Source: Myxococcales bacterium (GTDB taxonomy: Bacteria > Myxococcota_A > Polyangia > Polyangiales > DASUME01). Taken from it: a DNA stretch of 64,000 bases. The stretch is from assembly GCA_047601445.1 (NCBI GenBank), contig JASGJH010000001.1:7872001-7936000 (forward strand), in the 5' to 3' direction. The notes under the pieces were generated by a model that had not been told where the DNA came from, made no database searches, and saw only the letters and a list, made by a program, of their open reading frames with translations. This document shows positions 59,641-64,000 of the stretch, in pieces; positions within the stretch are counted from its first letter, which is position 1, and the number at the start of each line of letters is the position of its first letter. Position numbers and translations under genes: made by a program.

Positions 59641-62600
59641 ATGACGCGTTCGATGCGATTGGCAGTTCTTTCTTTATTCGTCGTCACCGGGTGTTCGCTC
59701 GCTACGGATTTCGATCGCTTTCACATCGGCGATCAGAAAGGCAACGTCGACGCTGGCGGCGATAAGCAAGACGGCGGAGGCGACGGGGATCACCAGCCTC
59801 CTCAAGACTCCGGCATGGATAGCGGCGACGTGCCGTTGGTCGACGGAGAGATTCGCGTGCAGCTCGCCGACGGCGCGCTCGGCACGGTGACCTCCGAGCC
59901 GGCAGGCATCGACTGCGCGGGCGATTGCTCCGAGGTTTACACGGAGGGTACCGAGGTGGTGCTGACGGCCCATCCGGACGCCACCGGCGCGTTCGTGGGC
60001 TGGGGCGGGGCGTGCGAAGGACAGAAGGGACTCACCTGCACATTGGTTGCAGGGGATCCACTGATCGTGACCGCGGCCTTCACCGCGGACTGGTTCGACG
60101 TGACCGTGTCTCGCTTGGGCGGTGGCTCGGGCGCCGTGGAGAGCGAAGACGAGATGCTGCGCTGCGACGGCGCTCCTGACGAGATCTGCGTGGTTCGCTA
60201 TCCGCATGGAGCGATCATTTCGCTCACGGCCACGCCGAGCCCCGACGGCTCTAGCTTCTCCGGTTGGGGAGGCTCTTGCGCCGGTGAGGGCGCGTGCTCC
60301 CTCGAGATGACCGGCGACAAGGTCATCAACGCCGTGTTCGACGCCAACGGGCAGGTCTCTTTGATCGTGTCGAAGGCGGGCAATGGCGGTGGTGTCGTGA
60401 CGTCGGACGATGTCACGAATGGCACCCCCAACGTGAACTGCGGCATTCAGTGCGCAGCGAGCTACGTGGCCACGGACAACAAGGTGGTGACGCTGAGCGC
60501 GCAGGCGGACGGCAGCTCGGACTTCGTCAAGTTCGACGGAGATTGTGTGCCCCAGCCAGTGGTCGCCGGTCAGCCTCCCAAGTGTGTGGCGACGATGAGC
60601 GCCGTGCGCCATGTCACCGCGACGTTCGCGCTGAAGAAGCACACGTTCTCCTTGGCATGGAGCGGCGACGGCGAGGGCTCGGTGCACATGACGAGCCCCA
60701 AGGACCTTACCTGTACCAAGCCAGACGCCTGCTCCGATAGCTTCGACCACAACACGATGCTGCATCTGGAGGCCCTCCCGGCCGAGGGCTCTACGTTCAA
60801 GCAGTGGTCGCTCGGCACCTGTGGCACCAACACCACCTGCGAATTCCCGATCGTGGCCAACGCCACGGTGTTCGCCACCTTCGAGGTCAACGAGTTCAAC
60901 TTCAACGCGGGCAGCACCGGCTCGGGCACCACCGTGTGCACCGTGGACGGCAAGAACAGTCCGTGTCCTTCGCCGGGTACCTACAAGTTCGGCACCCAGG
61001 TGATCGTCAATGCGGCTCCCGCGCCGGGCAACCAGCTCGACTCGTGGCAGGGGGATTGCGCAGGCCAACCCGCCAGCGGCCCCTGCACCCTGACCGTCAC
61101 CAAGGACACCTCGGTGGTCGCTGCGTTCAAGAAGAAGAGCTACCAGGTCACCGTGAAGTTCGGCAATACCGGCGGTCACGGCTCCGTAAGCGGTGATGTC
61201 AGCTGCAACGATCAGCAGGGAACCTGTTCGATCTCCGTGCAGCACGGCGATGGCTTCGACATCAGCGCGATGGCGGCCAACGACAGCGACTTCGTGGCCT
61301 TTACGGGCGACTGCAACGGCGACACCTGCTCGGTCGCTTCGGTCCAGGAGAACCTCTCCATCACCGTCAGCTTCTCGCTCAAGGCCGCCCAGACCAAGAC
61401 CCTGGTCGTGGCCAAGTCCGACGGCGGCACGGTCACCAGCAGTCCTGGCGGCATTTCGTGCGGCGCCACCTGCGTGACCAGCTTCACGGTGGACACGGAC
61501 GTGGTGCTCACGGGCACGCCTGCCACCGGCTACGGCGCAGCCCAGTTCAGTGGCGACTGTAGTGGTACGGGCACCTGCAACCTCAAGATGAGCGACGCCA
61601 AGAGCGTCAACGTGAACTTCCCGCCGCTCAACTTCGCCCTGAACGCGTCGGTGACCGGCCCCGGTTCGCTCAGCTTTGCGGCCCAGACCGGCCTCAACTG
61701 CAACGATACCAATCCCGACGGCCCCGACTGCAGCGAGAGCTTGCCCTTCGGCAGCAAGATCACCGTGCGCGCCACGCCCGGGCAGTACGGCATCTTCTCC
61801 GGCTGGACGGGAGCCTGCCAGGGCGTGCTGAGCACGGATTGCGAGGTCACCATCGGCCAGAGCAACACCGTCGGCGCCACCTTCACGACCAAGCAGTTCA
61901 ATCTCAGCGTCAAGCTGGCCGGCGAGGGCCTGAGCCCGGGCAAGCTCGTCACCGGCAACGGCGTTTCCTGCGGCATGTCGGGCGACAACTGCAGTGTCAC
62001 GTTACCAGCGCTTACAGGCATCAGCCTGGCGACCGCCTCGGCACCCTGGGCCTCGGTCACCAACGCGAGCACCGATCAGGTCGGTGTGGCCTGCGGCGGA
62101 GCTCCCAGCGCATGCTCTTTCCAGCTCAAGGGCGACACGGTGGTCACCTTCGAGTACACGCCCAAGGCCGCGCTGGTCTTCGTGACCTCCGGCGTGTTCT
62201 CCGCGGTGTTCGCGAGCGATCCCGACGATCCCACGCCGGGTGTTCAAAAGGCCGACGACCAGTGCACCGCCCTGGCGGGCACCGTGGCGGGTCTCCAGGG
62301 CCGCTGGGTCGCGTGGCTCTCCGATGGCAAGGGTGGCGTCGGGGGCCGCATGAAGCGGATGCAGCCCGGCACGCCCGTGATGAACCTCAACGGCGAATAC
62401 GTCATGGCCAAGGGTTACGAAGCCGTGACGTTCGGCGCCGTGCTCGACAAACCCATCATGGTCACCGAGTCGGGGAGCACGCTCAGGCCGCCAGCGGACG
62501 GAACCATCATTCCTGTCTGGACCGGTACCCTGCGCAGTGGTCAAACGCTGCCGGACGACAAGGACTGGTGCGCCAACTGGACCTCGGCCACTGGCTATCT

Positions 62601-62787
62601 GAAGTACGGTATCGGCGACGCCTACGACGGCTTTGACGGCAAGTATTTCAAGTCCAAGGCCTGGACCCACAACGAGAGCTACGACGATAGCTCGGTGCCC
62701 GTGCCGTTTATCGCGCTCCCCCCGCCGAGTCCCTGCGGCGGCTCGGCGCACCTGTACTGCTTCCGCGATTGGTCTCCCAAGAACTAA
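59641..62787 (+). CDS. Large surface lipoprotein: ~9 Cys-containing divergent InlB-B-like repeats plus a C-terminal DUF1554/endostatin-like domain
   Basis: Lipobox VTGC. Repeats G.G.V.S....C...V.LTA.P...F.GW.G.C. The C-domain reads VFVTS...ADDQC...WVAWLS...VWTG...C.NW...HLYCF. Confidence 0.8.
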   Translation: MTRSMRLAVLSLFVVTGCSLATDFDRFHIGDQKGNVDAGGDKQDGGGDGDHQPPQDSGMDSGDVPLVDGEIRVQLADGALGTVTSEPAGIDCAGDCSEVYTEGTEVVLTAHPDATGAFVGWGGACEGQKGLTCTLVAGDPLIVTAAFTADWFDVTVSRLGGGSGAVESEDEMLRCDGAPDEICVVRYPHGAIISLTATPSPDGSSFSGWGGSCAGEGACSLEMTGDKVINAVFDANGQVSLIVSKAGNGGGVVTSDDVTNGTPNVNCGIQCAASYVATDNKVVTLSAQADGSSDFVKFDGDCVPQPVVAGQPPKCVATMSAVRHVTATFALKKHTFSLAWSGDGEGSVHMTSPKDLTCTKPDACSDSFDHNTMLHLEALPAEGSTFKQWSLGTCGTNTTCEFPIVANATVFATFEVNEFNFNAGSTGSGTTVCTVDGKNSPCPSPGTYKFGTQVIVNAAPAPGNQLDSWQGDCAGQPASGPCTLTVTKDTSVVAAFKKKSYQVTVKFGNTGGHGSVSGDVSCNDQQGTCSISVQHGDGFDISAMAANDSDFVAFTGDCNGDTCSVASVQENLSITVSFSLKAAQTKTLVVAKSDGGTVTSSPGGISCGATCVTSFTVDTDVVLTGTPATGYGAAQFSGDCSGTGTCNLKMSDAKSVNVNFPPLNFALNASVTGPGSLSFAAQTGLNCNDTNPDGPDCSESLPFGSKITVRATPGQYGIFSGWTGACQGVLSTDCEVTIGQSNTVGATFTTKQFNLSVKLAGEGLSPGKLVTGNGVSCGMSGDNCSVTLPALTGISLATASAPWASVTNASTDQVGVACGGAPSACSFQLKGDTVVTFEYTPKAALVFVTSGVFSAVFASDPDDPTPGVQKADDQCTALAGTVAGLQGRWVAWLSDGKGGVGGRMKRMQPGTPVMNLNGEYVMAKGYEAVTFGAVLDKPIMVTESGSTLRPPADGTIIPVWTGTLRSGQTLPDDKDWCANWTSATGYLKYGIGDAYDGFDGKYFKSKAWTHNESYDDSSVPVPFIALPPPSPCGGSAHLYCFRDWSPKN

Positions 62788-63215
62788 CTACGGGAGCCCG
62801 CGAGGCTGGGCGCGGCCGGCTTTCGATACTGCGCCGCCCACCAAATCAGCGCGAGCTGCAGGGGTAAACGCAGCCACAGCGCGATCGCCGGTGGGTGGGG
62901 CAGGTCGGGGGACAGCCCCGCGATCTCGAGGTCCGGGTGCAGGGCCATGTTGACGTTGGCCGGGAAGACCGCGATGAAGAGCGCGATCAACCCCCAGGCC
63001 GCGAGCACCCGCGTGCGCTCGAAGAGTAAGGCGACGCCGAGGCCCGCTTCGAAGACCCCTGACAAGTAGACCAGCGGCAAGTGCCACGGCAGGTAGTCAG
63101 GCATGATGGAGGCAAAGGTCTCCCCGTGAGTGAAGTGGAGGATGCCCATCATGACCATGATGCCCGCCAAGATCTTGCGGGGTAGGGTCGGTGACGGGCT
63201 GAGTGTTTCGTTCAT
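62784..63215 (-). CDS. DoxX-like membrane protein
   Basis: GILHF, MPDYLP, YLSGVFE, AVFPANV and RLPLQ. Confidence 0.82.
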   Translation of the reverse strand: MNETLSPSPTLPRKILAGIMVMMGILHFTHGETFASIMPDYLPWHLPLVYLSGVFEAGLGVALLFERTRVLAAWGLIALFIAVFPANVNMALHPDLEIAGLSPDLPHPPAIALWLRLPLQLALIWWAAQYRKPAAPSLAGSRS

Positions 63216-63474
63216 GTGACGGATCCTCTGCTGAAGGAAAGACGGATTGCGGTGCGTGTACGTATGACCGGGCCGCGGAGATCACTTCGAGGAAGCCTAA
63301 ATCACTCGCAGCCGTAGACTCGCGTCAGGGCACTGACGCCTGGCTCGCTGTACACCGGTGCACCTATGGTGGAGGGCCGGGTAGGGCGTGATGGTCGTCG
63401 TGGAACGCGCATTGGCGCGTGCTCAAAACGCTGACGACCGGCGAGAGCGGCTGTTACACTCGGGCGGGGGAATC

Positions 63475-64000
<526 letters not shown>

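Overview
GC-rich bacterial chromosome segment, most consistent with a myxobacterium (Myxococcota, probably Polyangia). This rests on the 16S sequence style, three Hanks-type Ser/Thr kinases, Cys-rich lipoproteins and an ECF/anti-sigma cassette. Most of the window is core genome: tldD-tldE, coaE, dtd, astA, two near-identical co-oriented rRNA operons only ~10.7 kb apart (ITS with tRNA-Ile versus tRNA-Ile+Ala) flanking a ~5 kb membrane-protein block, acs, tmk, cyoE-sco, pal-cpoB, an aminotransferase, dnaX-ybaB-recR, pyrG and gltA. I found no CRISPR array, prophage, integrase or transposase. The main leads are: (1) isolated type III export genes (an SctV/FlhA-like gene coupled to recR and an SctQ/FliM-like gene ~8 kb away) with no T3SS or flagellar cluster; (2) five ORF disruptions, four of which fall in or next to a GAGATCG motif, a possible footprint of DNA modification; (3) structured leaders before gltA and pyrG; (4) a 16-bp bidirectional, leaderless promoter candidate; (5) pntB and pntA2 without the domain-I subunit. 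Product calls come from recognising motifs by eye, with no database search. rRNA ends are approximate to a few nt.
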